From: Candidatus Falkowbacteria bacterium HGW-Falkowbacteria-1 | GTDB lineage: Bacteria; Patescibacteriota; Patescibacteriia; Patescibacteriales; UBA12465 | Assembly (NCBI GenBank): GCA_002840305.1 | Contig: PHAI01000002.1 | Span: forward strand, 10,707 to 74,706 | DNA: 64,000 bases | Direction of reading: 5' to 3' | Shown here: positions 55,021 to 63,699 of the stretch, in pieces | How the letters are laid out: the number at the start of each line of letters is the position of its first letter | Numbering within the stretch: the first letter of the stretch is position 1 | The notes under the pieces: model-generated | Told to the model about the DNA's origin: nothing | The model's input: only the letters and a program-made list of their open reading frames with translations | The model's database searches: none | Translations under genes and position numbers: made by a program

Positions 55021-55797
55021 ATGAATAAAAAGAAAACAAAGGAAAGCGTTCAGCCTCATATTTTGTGCAAGAAGGGTGACGTGGCAGAGAGCGTTATTTT
55101 GCCAGGTGATCCAGGCAGAGTTCTCAGAATAGCCAAACTTTTAGATAGCGGGAAGGAGGTGTCCTTTAATAGGGAGTTCCGTGTTTTTACGGGGAAATAT
55201 AAGGGGTTACCTATTACTATTTGTTCCACTGGAATTGGTGGACCTTCAACAGCTATCGCTATGGAGGAATTGATCTCTTTGGGGGCTAAAAATTTTATTA
55301 GAGTTGGTTCTTGCGGAGCCAATCAAGACAAAATTAAGATTGGAGATTTAATAATTTCCGATAGCGTGGTTAGGGAAGATCATACTTGTTTGGATTATGT
55401 ACCTCTTCAATATCCGGCCATTGCTGATCCTGATATCTTCCAAATCATGAAAAAGGTTAGTGAAAATTTAAAATTTAAATATTATGCTGGGTCAACTGTT
55501 ACTGTCGATGCTTTATATTCTTTTAAAACAAAAGAAATAAAAAGTTTTTGGCAAAAATTTCATACCTTAGCTCAAGACATGGAAACTGGCACTGTTTTAA
55601 CCTTGGCTAGAGTAAAAAATGTTAGAGCGGGGGCAGTGTTATTAGTTGTTGATCAAGAAGCTGAAAAGAATATCAGAGAAAAGATTGCCAAATATTCAGT
55701 TGAAGCTCAATCCGGAAAAGGTGAGCTGGTTAAAATGGAGAACAAGGCCTCTTTGGTCGCCCTAGAGTCCTTCTTATTATTATCTAAAAATAATTAA
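55021..55797 (+). CDS. Nucleoside phosphorylase (PNP/UDP family 1)
   Basis: ILPGDPGRV, STGIGGPSTAIAMEEL, IRVGSCG and QDMETG motifs of the hexameric PNP/UP/MTA-phosphorylase family. Confidence 0.8.
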   Translation: MNKKKTKESVQPHILCKKGDVAESVILPGDPGRVLRIAKLLDSGKEVSFNREFRVFTGKYKGLPITICSTGIGGPSTAIAMEELISLGAKNFIRVGSCGANQDKIKIGDLIISDSVVREDHTCLDYVPLQYPAIADPDIFQIMKKVSENLKFKYYAGSTVTVDALYSFKTKEIKSFWQKFHTLAQDMETGTVLTLARVKNVRAGAVLLVVDQEAEKNIREKIAKYSVEAQSGKGELVKMENKASLVALESFLLLSKNN

Positions 55798-55798
55798 T

Positions 55799-56413
55799 AT
55801 GGGAGAAAAATATACAGGAACAAAATTTAAAACTGTTTTTAAAGGAAAATTTATTCCAAATGCAAAAGAAAGTGAAATTATCAAAACTTTAATCAAGATT
55901 GGCAAGGAATTAGGTAGGATGGGATTTAAAGATAATAATGGCGGAAATTTTAGCGTTAGGACTAAAAATGGAATAATTATAAAGACCACCGGATCGTTTC
56001 CACACCAGCTCAAGAAAAGCGATTTTGCTTTGGTTGCTGGTTTTAAAAAAGATGAGGTTTATGTCTATGGTGAGAAGGAACCTAGTTCCGAGGCTAGGCT
56101 TCATTGGGGAATATATCAGGCTAGGCCAGAAATAAATTGTGCTTTGCATACCCATGATTTTACAGCCATACACTGTTTGACCAAAGTAAATGGTTGTATT
56201 TATATTAGAGAAATCTCTTATGGGACAATGGAATCTGCTAGAGCGGTTAAAAATGCCGCCAAGAAAGGTGATTATTTAATAATGAAAAATCATGGGGTTA
56301 TTGCTTTGGGTAAAAACATGATTTCTGCTTTAAAATTAATTAAAAAATACCATGAAAAATTTGAAACAATTGCGACAACTCCTTCCTCTGACTGTCGAAC
56401 TAAAAAAGGATAG
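55799..56413 (+). CDS. Class II aldolase/adducin-family protein
   Basis: GGNFSVR, PSSEARLHWGIY, ALHTHD and MKNHGVIALG motifs (zinc histidines) match class II aldolases (FucA, MtnB and Ald2 type). Confidence 0.75.
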   Translation: MGEKYTGTKFKTVFKGKFIPNAKESEIIKTLIKIGKELGRMGFKDNNGGNFSVRTKNGIIIKTTGSFPHQLKKSDFALVAGFKKDEVYVYGEKEPSSEARLHWGIYQARPEINCALHTHDFTAIHCLTKVNGCIYIREISYGTMESARAVKNAAKKGDYLIMKNHGVIALGKNMISALKLIKKYHEKFETIATTPSSDCRTKKG

Positions 56414-57455
56414 AGTAATAATAATTGATCAAGTATATCTTCCTGATAGATTGAAGTTTATTCAACTAAAAAAATATTCTCAAGCTATTTCAGCTATTAA
56501 AGAGTTTAATGTTCGTGGTGCTCAAGCCATTGGAGCTGTTGGTGGTGCTGGTATTTTTTTAGCATCGCTTGTTTATAAGGGGGACAATTCTTTTAATTTT
56601 TTAATTTATTTAAAAAAAATAGCCAAAGAAATAATAAAAGCCAGACCAACCGCTAATAATTTAGCTTGGGCGGTTAATCGTGTTTTGGGTGAAATAAAGT
56701 CGAACAACGTTTTTGATATAAAAAAAGATATTTATAATAGCTACAAAAAATTATTAGAAGAAGAAACTAATAATAATTTAAAAATTGGTGCCTATGGTGA
56801 GAAATTAATAAAGAATAACTATCGCATTTTAACACATTGTAACGCTGGTTCACTTTCTGCTATTTGGTATGGAACTGCTACCGCACCAATTTATAGCGCT
56901 TTAATTAAGGGGAAAAAACTATCTGTCTTAATTGACGAAACGAGACCATGGCTCCAGGGAGCCAGACTTACTGCCTGGGAAATGAGTAAATCTGGGATAG
57001 ATTATACCGTAAATATTGATAGTGCTAGTGGTTTTTTAATGGAAAACAAAATGGTTGATATGGTAATAGTTGGCGCCGACAGAATTGCCTTAAATGGTGA
57101 TACGGCTAACAAGATCGGGACATTTCCTTTAGCTTTAATGGCTAAGAGATATAACATCCCTTTTTATGTAGCAGCCGTTAAAGCCACGATTGATTTTGAA
57201 ACTAAAGCTGGAAAGGATATAAGAATAGAGCAAAGATCTGGCGATGAAGTTTTAAAACATACATCATATTGGGAAAATAGAAATTTAATAAAAAAACAAA
57301 GTAAAAAATTTGATTCTTTATTAAATATAGCGCCCAAAGGTGCCAAGGCTTTTAATCCTGTTTTTGATGTTACTCCAGCTGACTTAATTACCGGAATTAT
57401 AACTGAGGATGGCATTTTAAAGCCATCCGTTTTATCTTCTAAGCTTAAGCGGTAA
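56352..57455 (+). CDS. mtnA: MtnA/e2B2-family sugar-1-phosphate isomerase (5-methylthioribose-1-P or ribose-1,5-bisP isomerase); start uncertain
   Basis: IIIDQVYLP, VRGAQAIG, THCNAGSLS and GADRIALNGDTANKIGT motifs. The ATG start overlaps the aldolase gene by 62 nt. Confidence 0.8.
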   Translation: MKNLKQLRQLLPLTVELKKDRVIIIDQVYLPDRLKFIQLKKYSQAISAIKEFNVRGAQAIGAVGGAGIFLASLVYKGDNSFNFLIYLKKIAKEIIKARPTANNLAWAVNRVLGEIKSNNVFDIKKDIYNSYKKLLEEETNNNLKIGAYGEKLIKNNYRILTHCNAGSLSAIWYGTATAPIYSALIKGKKLSVLIDETRPWLQGARLTAWEMSKSGIDYTVNIDSASGFLMENKMVDMVIVGADRIALNGDTANKIGTFPLALMAKRYNIPFYVAAVKATIDFETKAGKDIRIEQRSGDEVLKHTSYWENRNLIKKQSKKFDSLLNIAPKGAKAFNPVFDVTPADLITGIITEDGILKPSVLSSKLKR

Positions 57456-57476
57456 TGTAAAAGTTATTTTTTTCTA

Positions 57477-57505
57477 TTGACATTTTTTTCTATTTAGTGT
57501 TAAAT
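57477..57505 (+). promoter_or_regulatory. Promoter TTGACA-17-TTAAAT
   Basis: Hexamers at 57477-57482 and 57500-57505, upstream of ORF 57546. Confidence 0.45.
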
Positions 57506-57545
57506 GTAAAGTTAGCAAACAGTTGTTTAACAAAAAAAATACAAA

Positions 57546-58139
57546 ATGAAAAAAGACGAAATTGCGGAAATAGATAGACTCCTTTTTTTGTCCAGGGATC
57601 TTCTATTGAGAGAAATAATGTCTATTTCTCAGTTTAAAAAATTTCTTGATGGCAGAATTGAAGAGGAAAAAAAGAATGAGACAATAGAAGAAGAAAAAAA
57701 TAATAAAAGAGTTTGTGTCAACTTTTCTGATATTATTGTAAAAATTGATTCCTTGGAATCTTTAATTACCGAGCTAAAGATTAGCATTAAGGATCAAAGA
57801 ATTAATTTTACTTTTTTTCCGCCTCATTATAATCGAGAAGTTTATTTGGAAACAAAACTTTTTTCTTTTGAAGATGAAAGTTTTAGCTCTGACATTATTT
57901 CGATTATGAACGATGAAGATTTTCGTCCCGCCTGCTTTCATGAATTAATATTTTGTAGAAAATTTTTTTCTAGAAAAAAACGCGAAACTACCCCGATTGT
58001 CTCCTTGCTTTTTCCTTATTCACCACCAAGTGGAGGTAAATTTTCACCTTTTTTAAATGATAGAGGTGAAATATATTTATCCAACTTTAATTCTTCTTGG
58101 GAGAAAAATTGGAGATTCTTAGGAGTCAAAATGAAGTAA
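57546..58139 (+). CDS. Hypothetical protein (197 aa)
   Basis: ORF only, with its own promoter and terminator. Confidence 0.45.
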   Translation: MKKDEIAEIDRLLFLSRDLLLREIMSISQFKKFLDGRIEEEKKNETIEEEKNNKRVCVNFSDIIVKIDSLESLITELKISIKDQRINFTFFPPHYNREVYLETKLFSFEDESFSSDIISIMNDEDFRPACFHELIFCRKFFSRKKRETTPIVSLLFPYSPPSGGKFSPFLNDRGEIYLSNFNSSWEKNWRFLGVKMK

Positions 58140-58145
58140 TTTTTT

Positions 58146-58175
58146 AAAAGCCTTATATTTTAGGCTTTTTTTTAT
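58146..58175 (+). terminator. Rho-independent terminator
   Basis: Stem AAAGCCT/AGGCTTT followed by T8. Confidence 0.65.
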
Positions 58176-58212
58176 TATTTTTTTATAGTTTTATTTGTGC
58201 TATTATTTGAAT

Positions 58213-58674
58213 ATGAAAAAAATAACTATTTTAAGCGTCGGGAGTGTTAGGGAGAAGTATTATCAAAACGCAATAGCTGAATATAGTAAAAGATTGAGTA
58301 AGGATATAAAACTTGAATTTACTGAGTTGCCAGCTAAAAGCTTCTCCGAGAAAGATAGCTTAATTGCCAAAAAGCAAGACAGTCAAAGAGTTTTGGAGTT
58401 TTTAAATAAAAACAAAAGTTCTAAAGTTTTTTTGTTATCAGAAAATGGGGAAGAATTAGATTCAGTCCAATTTTCTAAAAAAATATTTTCTTTTAACGAA
58501 GAAATAATTTTTGTAATTGCCGGGGCCTTAGGCTTTGATTTTGAAGTTTTAAAAAACTATAAGAAAATTTCTTTATCTAAGATGACATTTCTTCACGAAA
58601 TGGCCAAAGTTATTTTGGTAGAGCAAATTTATAGAGCAGTAAATATTGAGAAGGGGAAGAGGTATCATTATTAA
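58213..58674 (+). CDS. rlmH: 23S rRNA (pseudouridine1915-N3)-methyltransferase RlmH (SPOUT)
   Basis: MKKITILSVGSVREKYYQNAIAEYSKRL and the C-terminal IAGALGF...LSLSKMTF.H matches RlmH. I prefer the ATG at 58213 over the track's TTG at 58195. Confidence 0.85.
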   Translation: MKKITILSVGSVREKYYQNAIAEYSKRLSKDIKLEFTELPAKSFSEKDSLIAKKQDSQRVLEFLNKNKSSKVFLLSENGEELDSVQFSKKIFSFNEEIIFVIAGALGFDFEVLKNYKKISLSKMTFLHEMAKVILVEQIYRAVNIEKGKRYHY

Positions 58675-58687
58675 TTTTTTATTTCTG

Positions 58688-58825
58688 TTGCACCCAAGTG
58701 ATAATCTTATCTTTGTCATTCCCGGCGAGCCACGTTATTTATCTGATATGCGAAGCATAGCTGATAAGGTCTACGTGGTGAGGGAAGGGAATCCAGGGTT
58801 AACACCTAAGAATTTTATTATCTAA
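58688..58825 (+). pseudogene. ORF relic, unit 1 (...SDNLIFVIPGEPRYLSDMRSIADKVYVVREGNPGLTPKNFII*)
   Basis: Stop-free frame ending at 58825. It is related to unit 2 at both protein and nucleotide level. The pattern hhFhT.....h.DRhhhh..G loosely recalls the C-terminal end of an ABC ATPase domain. Confidence 0.3.
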
Positions 58826-58915
58826 TAAATTAATATAAATATAACTAAGATAAATTAATTTAATATTTTAATATGCCCCTTTTTTTTGAAAAAAAAGTGG
58901 GCCCAAAAAAACTTA

Positions 58916-59030
58916 GCGAACAGCAAAAATTTTGGATTACTCGCTATGAAAGCTAGTAAAATTTTAAAAGCATAAAATTTTACACGCTTTCTACGTTCGC
59001 AATCTATTCAAAATTGTTTGCGATGTTCGC
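58916..59030. repeat. Long imperfect palindrome with a perfect 11-bp central inverted repeat
   Basis: The outer arms GCGAACAGCAAAAATTTTGGAT / ATTCAAAATTGTTTGCGATGTTCGC are imperfect. The centre GTAAAATTTTA-AAAGCA-TAAAATTTTAC (58956-58983) is perfect. Confidence 0.6.
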
Positions 59031-59140
59031 ATTAAAAAGCGCTTTTTATGTAATTGTCTCATCTAAAATTTTTTCAATACTGGCAATATTTTTTAAAATA
59101 GATTGACAAATATTATTTAAAATTTAAGAGCCTTCTTTCT

Positions 59141-59251
59141 ATGCTTACTGATTCTGGCGATATAGTGTTTATAACCGAAGCTTTATTTGTATATGAGCGC
59201 ATAGTTGCCGATGGAATGCTTGTGACTCCTAATTTAACCCCTGATTTTTAG
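59141..59251 (+). pseudogene. ORF relic, unit 2 (MLTDSGDIVFITEALFVYERIVADGMLVTPNLTPDF*)
   Basis: 36-codon ORF with no clear SD. It shares TATG.G.GCATAG.TG....GG and TTAAC.CCT...TTTT strings with unit 1. Both peptides end in LTPx(N)F. Confidence 0.3.
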
Positions 59252-59279
59252 TAATTTTTTTGAATAACTTTTTTATAAA

Positions 59280-59320
59280 CCCGCCAGTAGAAAATCTACT
59301 TTGGCGGGTTTTCTTTTTTA
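59280..59320 (+). terminator. Rho-independent terminator
   Basis: Stem CCCGCCA+GTAG / CTAC+(tt)+TGGCGGG followed by TTTTCTTTTTT. Confidence 0.7.
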
Positions 59321-59321
59321 T

Positions 59322-59350
59322 TTGAATTTAAGCTTTGATGATGTTATAAT
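59322..59350 (+). promoter_or_regulatory. Promoter TTGAAT-17-TGtTATAAT for uvrB
   Basis: Hexamers at 59322-59327 and 59345-59350, with an extended TG. Confidence 0.5.
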
Positions 59351-59383
59351 TATACAAGATTAATACAAAATTTATATAAAATT

Positions 59384-61225
59384 GTGTCTGAAAAGATATT
59401 TAAATTAAAATCAGATTTTGAGCCAGCCGGTGATCAACCGCAAGCCATAAAGAAGCTTTTACAAGGAATAAGAGATGGTTTTGATTATCAAACCTTGCTT
59501 GGTGTTACTGGTTCTGGAAAAACCTTTACCATTGCTAATATTATTCAAGAATTGGATAGACCGGTTTTGGTAATGGCGCCCAATAAATCATTAGCCGCAC
59601 AATTATACAGAGAATACAAAAACTTTTTTCCAGAAAATGCGGTTCATTATTTTGTTTCTTATTATGATTATTATCAACCAGAGGCTTATATGCCTGGATC
59701 TGATACCTATATAGAGAAAGAAGCTATGATTAACGAAGAAATCGACAGGCTTCGTCATGGGGCAACGTCGGCCTTGCTTTCTCGTCGAGATGTAATTATT
59801 GTTGCTTCTGTTTCTTGTATTTATAATCTAGGTATTCCGCTTAGCTATATGAATGCCTCACTTCATCTGGAAAAAGATAAACCGATGACTCGCGCTGATT
59901 TAATCTCTCAATTAATTAAAATGCAGTTTGAAAGATTCTTGGGTGACGTAAAAAGAGGCCAATTTAGAGTTAGAGGTGATGTTTTTGAGATTCGTCCGAT
60001 GTCAGAGAATATAATTTATAGACTAGAGTTAAATGAACAAAAAATCTCTGATTTAACAATTATTGATAATACCACTAAAAATATTTTGGAACATTTGCCA
60101 GAAATAGTTATTTTTCCGCCTAAACATTTTATTTCCACCAAGCCGCAAATAGAGCAGGCCATAAAAACTATCAAGGAGGAATTAAAAGATCGTTTAAAAT
60201 ATTTTAAAAAAAATAAATTATATTTAGAAGCAGAAAGGCTAGAAAGAAGAGTGCGATATGATATGGAAATGCTCAAGAGCTTAGGTTATTGTCATGGAAT
60301 AGAAAATTATTCTCGTCACCTAACTGGTAAACTCGCAGGTGAAGCACCGGATTCGTTATTGGAATATTTTCCTAAAGACAAGAATGGTAAGCCAGATTTT
60401 CTTTTAGTGGCCGATGAAAGTCATATTGGAATCCCGCAGATCGGTGGCATGTATGCAGGTGATCGTAGTCGTAAGGAAACTTTAATTAAATATGGTTGGC
60501 GTTTGCCCTCAGCTTTGGATAATCGTCCTTTAAGGTTTTCCGAATTTGAAAGTAAAATAAATCAAACAATATTTACGAGTGCTACTCCGGCTAAGTTTGA
60601 AGCTGAAAAATCAAAACAAGTAGTAGAACAAGTTATTCGTCCAACTGGTTTAGTTGATCCAGAAATAGAGATTCGCCCGGTTTTTAATAAGGAAACAAAT
60701 TACAGTCAAATAAATGATATAATTAAAGAGGCTGAGAAAATTATTAAGAAGGGTGAGCGTTTAATAATTAATACTCTTACTAAAAAACAGGCTGAAGACT
60801 TAGATGCGCATTTGAGACAGAATAAAATCAAGTCAAACTATATGCACTCTGACACTAAAACTTTGGCTCGTAACGAGATATTAAAAGATTTTCGTACTGG
60901 CAAATTTGATATTTTAATTGGTGTTAATTTACTTCGTGAGGGATTAGATTTGCCAGAGGTTTCTTTGGTGGCCATATTAGATGCCGACAGGGAAGGTTTT
61001 TTGCGTAGTCAAACCTCGCTTATTCAAACCATGGGTCGTGCAGCCAGAAATGTTTCTGGCAAAATTATTCTTTATGCTGATAATATGACTGGTTCAATAA
61101 AAAAAGCAGTTAAAGAAGTAGAGAGAAGACGTAAGAAACAATTAGCTTATAATAAAAAGCACAAGATTAATCCAAAAACCATTATAAAAAAGATTGAAGA
61201 CTTCTTGGATCTGGCCGAAAAATAA
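59384..61225 (+). CDS. uvrB: Excinuclease ABC subunit B (GTG start)
   Basis: F.L.SDFEPAGDQPQAI..L, Walker A GVTGSGKTFT, DESH, and helicase motifs LLREGLDLPEVSLVAILDADREGFLRS and QT.GRAARN. Confidence 0.95.
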   Translation: MSEKIFKLKSDFEPAGDQPQAIKKLLQGIRDGFDYQTLLGVTGSGKTFTIANIIQELDRPVLVMAPNKSLAAQLYREYKNFFPENAVHYFVSYYDYYQPEAYMPGSDTYIEKEAMINEEIDRLRHGATSALLSRRDVIIVASVSCIYNLGIPLSYMNASLHLEKDKPMTRADLISQLIKMQFERFLGDVKRGQFRVRGDVFEIRPMSENIIYRLELNEQKISDLTIIDNTTKNILEHLPEIVIFPPKHFISTKPQIEQAIKTIKEELKDRLKYFKKNKLYLEAERLERRVRYDMEMLKSLGYCHGIENYSRHLTGKLAGEAPDSLLEYFPKDKNGKPDFLLVADESHIGIPQIGGMYAGDRSRKETLIKYGWRLPSALDNRPLRFSEFESKINQTIFTSATPAKFEAEKSKQVVEQVIRPTGLVDPEIEIRPVFNKETNYSQINDIIKEAEKIIKKGERLIINTLTKKQAEDLDAHLRQNKIKSNYMHSDTKTLARNEILKDFRTGKFDILIGVNLLREGLDLPEVSLVAILDADREGFLRSQTSLIQTMGRAARNVSGKIILYADNMTGSIKKAVKEVERRRKKQLAYNKKHKINPKTIIKKIEDFLDLAEK

Positions 61226-61242
61226 AGCATAAATATGTTTTC

Positions 61243-61271
61243 TTGCTCTTTTTATTAAAATATGTTATAAT
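61243..61271 (+). promoter_or_regulatory. Promoter TTGCTC-17-TGtTATAAT
   Basis: Hexamers at 61243-61248 and 61266-61271, upstream of ORF 61278. Confidence 0.5.
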
Positions 61272-61277
61272 TAGTTT

Positions 61278-62513
61278 ATGATAAAAAAATCTATCAAGAT
61301 TTTCTTGGTTTTGTTATTTTTAGGGCTTTTCGTGAAAGGCTCATCTTTTGTTTTTGGTCAAACAGCCGAACAAATAGATGAAGAAATAAGAATATTAAAT
61401 AATCAAATAGAGGGGCAAAGGAAACAATTGGAAACCGTGCAAAACCGTCAGAAAGAATATGCCGCTTTAATAAAACAAAAAGAACAAGAAAAGGATACTT
61501 TGCAAAATCAATTAGAAATTCTTGATAGTCGTTTTAAACAATCAGAACTAGAAATTGAGGAGGTGAAGCTAGAGATCAGCAAGAATGATTTGGAAATCAG
61601 AAAAACAGCTATTGATATTGATAATAATAGTGAAAAAATAGAAAAAGAAAAAAGACATATTTCTGATTTGTTAAAATTGATTTATAAACAAAATAAAACA
61701 ACTCCAATAGAAATAATCTTGTTGAATGATTCTTTGACTGATTTTATAAATCAGGTTAAGTACTTAGAAAATACTAACGAAGAAATAAGTGATAGCTTGG
61801 AGTTACTAAAAGATGCTAAGGATCAATTAGAAAAACAAGAAGTAATTTTAAAAGAAAAAGAGGACAAGTTGGCTGAATTGAGAAAAGAGCTAGATAAAAA
61901 ACAAATGATTTTGGAGGGCGAATTGGAGGATAAAGCTTTTTTACTTACAGAGACCAATCAGTCAGAGCAAGAGTATAGAAACTTGTTGGATTTAGCTAAA
62001 AAAGAGCAAGAAAAGGCTGCCAATGAAATAGTTTCTTTAGAGAAGAGTGTTAGAGAAAAGCTAGCTCAAAGACCAGAAAAAGATATAAACGAATTTAATG
62101 ATAGTGGCTTTATTTGGCCAGTTGCTAAAAATGTTATAACAACAACTTTTCATGATCCGGATTATCCCTTTAAACGTAGTATAGGAGAACACTCTGGGGT
62201 AGATATTCGAGCATCTCAAGGCAGTACTTTATATGCGGCGGCATCTGGTTATGTGGCTAGGGTCAAATTTGACGGCAGCACGGCCTATGCTTATATTATG
62301 ATAATTCATGGTGACGGGCTTTCTACTGTTTATGGTCATGTCTCAGGGGTGATTGTTAAGGAGGATGAATATGTTGTTCAAGGACAAACAATAGGGAAGA
62401 GCGGAGGGTCTCCGAGAACTGTAGGCTCTGGTGCTTTTTCAACCGGACCTCATCTTCATTTCGAAATCAGGAAAGATGGAATGCCGGTTAATCCTTTAAA
62501 TTATTTACCTTAA
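61278..62513 (+). CDS. M23-family peptidoglycan metalloendopeptidase with a long N-terminal coiled coil (EnvC-like architecture)
   Basis: Signal/TM segment, a roughly 250-aa coiled coil, then HSGVDIRA...GHVS...GPHLHFEIR, the M23 zinc motifs. Confidence 0.85.
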   Translation: MIKKSIKIFLVLLFLGLFVKGSSFVFGQTAEQIDEEIRILNNQIEGQRKQLETVQNRQKEYAALIKQKEQEKDTLQNQLEILDSRFKQSELEIEEVKLEISKNDLEIRKTAIDIDNNSEKIEKEKRHISDLLKLIYKQNKTTPIEIILLNDSLTDFINQVKYLENTNEEISDSLELLKDAKDQLEKQEVILKEKEDKLAELRKELDKKQMILEGELEDKAFLLTETNQSEQEYRNLLDLAKKEQEKAANEIVSLEKSVREKLAQRPEKDINEFNDSGFIWPVAKNVITTTFHDPDYPFKRSIGEHSGVDIRASQGSTLYAAASGYVARVKFDGSTAYAYIMIIHGDGLSTVYGHVSGVIVKEDEYVVQGQTIGKSGGSPRTVGSGAFSTGPHLHFEIRKDGMPVNPLNYLP

Positions 62514-62546
62514 TTTTAGATATATAAAAATATAATTCAAAAAACT

Positions 62547-63632
62547 ATGCTAAAAAAAGCTAAAAAGCGTATATCAGCTTTTACACTCATTGAACTTTTA
62601 GTTGTTATTGCTATCATTGGAATACTAGCCACTTTAGCCGTGGTGGCCCTTCAACAAGCCAGATCTCGCGCTCGTGATAGCAAAAGGGTAGCTGATATAA
62701 AACAAGTTCATACAGCATTAGAATTATTTTTTAATGAAAACAATAGATATCCAACAGATGATGAATGGGCCAGTGGCTCTATAGTATCATCTTCTTCGGG
62801 GGAAGTATTTATGTACAATATTCCTGCCGCTCCTACTCCATCGGATGGAGACTGTCTGGAAGCTTCTAATACTTATCAATACACTCAAATAAGTGGTGGT
62901 GTTTCTTATGAGATTTCCTTTTGTACTGGTAAACAAATCGCCAACTTGCTTGAGGGGTCAAAATGTCTCACCCCCGGAGGTATAACAGACTGCGATGGCC
63001 AATCTGGCGTGCCAGAAGAAACGTCGGGCACTTTTGTTGATTCTAGGGACAGCCAGACATATGCGTGGATTAAAATTGGCAATGACACTTGGATGAATGA
63101 TAATTTAAATTATAATGGAGATTTTATAGTTCAACAAAACCAAGTTCCTTGCGTTGAAGATGTTGTTGGTTGGAACTATTGGTCATGTCAAACAGACAAC
63201 AATAATCAAGAAAGATCATGTTTTAATAATATAGAAGGTAATTGTTCTGATTACGGTGGTTTATATGAATGGTCAGAGACTATGAGTTTTCCTTACCAAT
63301 GTAATGCTGCGTTCTTTTGGGATGGAGAAAGTGATGATTGTGGTCTAGGAGGCAGTGCCTACGTTATAGACGCTAAGCATCAAGGTATTTGCCCTCCAGG
63401 TTGGCACCTGCCAAATAACGAAGAGCTCGATGATTTATCGTTAAATTATAACAATCATTTTTTAGCTGATTTTCCTGGGATGTTTATTTACTTCTGGTCG
63501 GCCGTTCCTACGCAGGGTTACGGCCCTATATTAGCTAAATATTTCTCTCTTGATTCTGGTGATAATTCTTATGTGAATATTAGCGAAACCAACAAATCTC
63601 TTGCCGCAAACGTTAGATGTGTTAAAGATTAA
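62547..63632 (+). CDS. Prepilin-type protein fused to a FISUMP-type (Fibrobacter succinogenes major paralogous, TIGR02145-like) C-terminal domain
   Basis: The class III signal-like RISA|FTLIELLVVIAIIGILA has Ala rather than Gly at -1. The C-terminal FVDSRDSQTYAWIKIGNDTWMNDNL...GGLYEW...CPPGWHLPNNEEL...VRCVKD matches the FISUMP pattern. Confidence 0.8.
   Translation: MLKKAKKRISAFTLIELLVVIAIIGILATLAVVALQQARSRARDSKRVADIKQVHTALELFFNENNRYPTDDEWASGSIVSSSSGEVFMYNIPAAPTPSDGDCLEASNTYQYTQISGGVSYEISFCTGKQIANLLEGSKCLTPGGITDCDGQSGVPEETSGTFVDSRDSQTYAWIKIGNDTWMNDNLNYNGDFIVQQNQVPCVEDVVGWNYWSCQTDNNNQERSCFNNIEGNCSDYGGLYEWSETMSFPYQCNAAFFWDGESDDCGLGGSAYVIDAKHQGICPPGWHLPNNEELDDLSLNYNNHFLADFPGMFIYFWSAVPTQGYGPILAKYFSLDSGDNSYVNISETNKSLAANVRCVKD
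62579..62855 (+). repeat. Copy 2 of the 277-nt dispersed repeat (the 5' pilin cassette)
   Basis: See copy 1 at 31591-31867. Confidence 0.9.
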
Positions 63633-63651
63633 AATTTTTTTAAATACTTAT

Positions 63652-63683
63652 AAAAAAACGAGGGTTATACCCTCGTTTTTTTT
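63652..63683. terminator. Bidirectional terminator between the pilin gene and the recombinase gene
   Basis: Stem CGAGGGT/ACCCTCG with loop TAT, flanked by A7 and T8. Confidence 0.75.
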
Positions 63684-63699
63684 GTCTATTTAATTAATG

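Noticed and set aside
55021-57455. CPR/archaeal AMP-RuBisCO nucleoside pathway as the explanation for the isomerase cluster
   Set aside because: No RuBisCO or DeoA-type AMP phosphorylase lies in the window, and the cluster contains a class II aldolase instead. This cannot be excluded without the rest of the genome, so it is mentioned only as an alternative.
58690-58830. Known riboswitch, RNase P RNA, SRP RNA, tmRNA or group II intron domain V in the GC-richer segment CCCGGCGAGCCACGT...ACGTGGTGAGGGAAGGGAATCCAGGG
   Set aside because: None of the consensus cores I can recall is present (GAGGAAAGUCCGGGC for RNase P, GGAAGCAGCC-type for SRP, a tRNA-like 3' end for tmRNA, the 34-nt domain V). The segment is better explained as part of a stop-free ORF relic.
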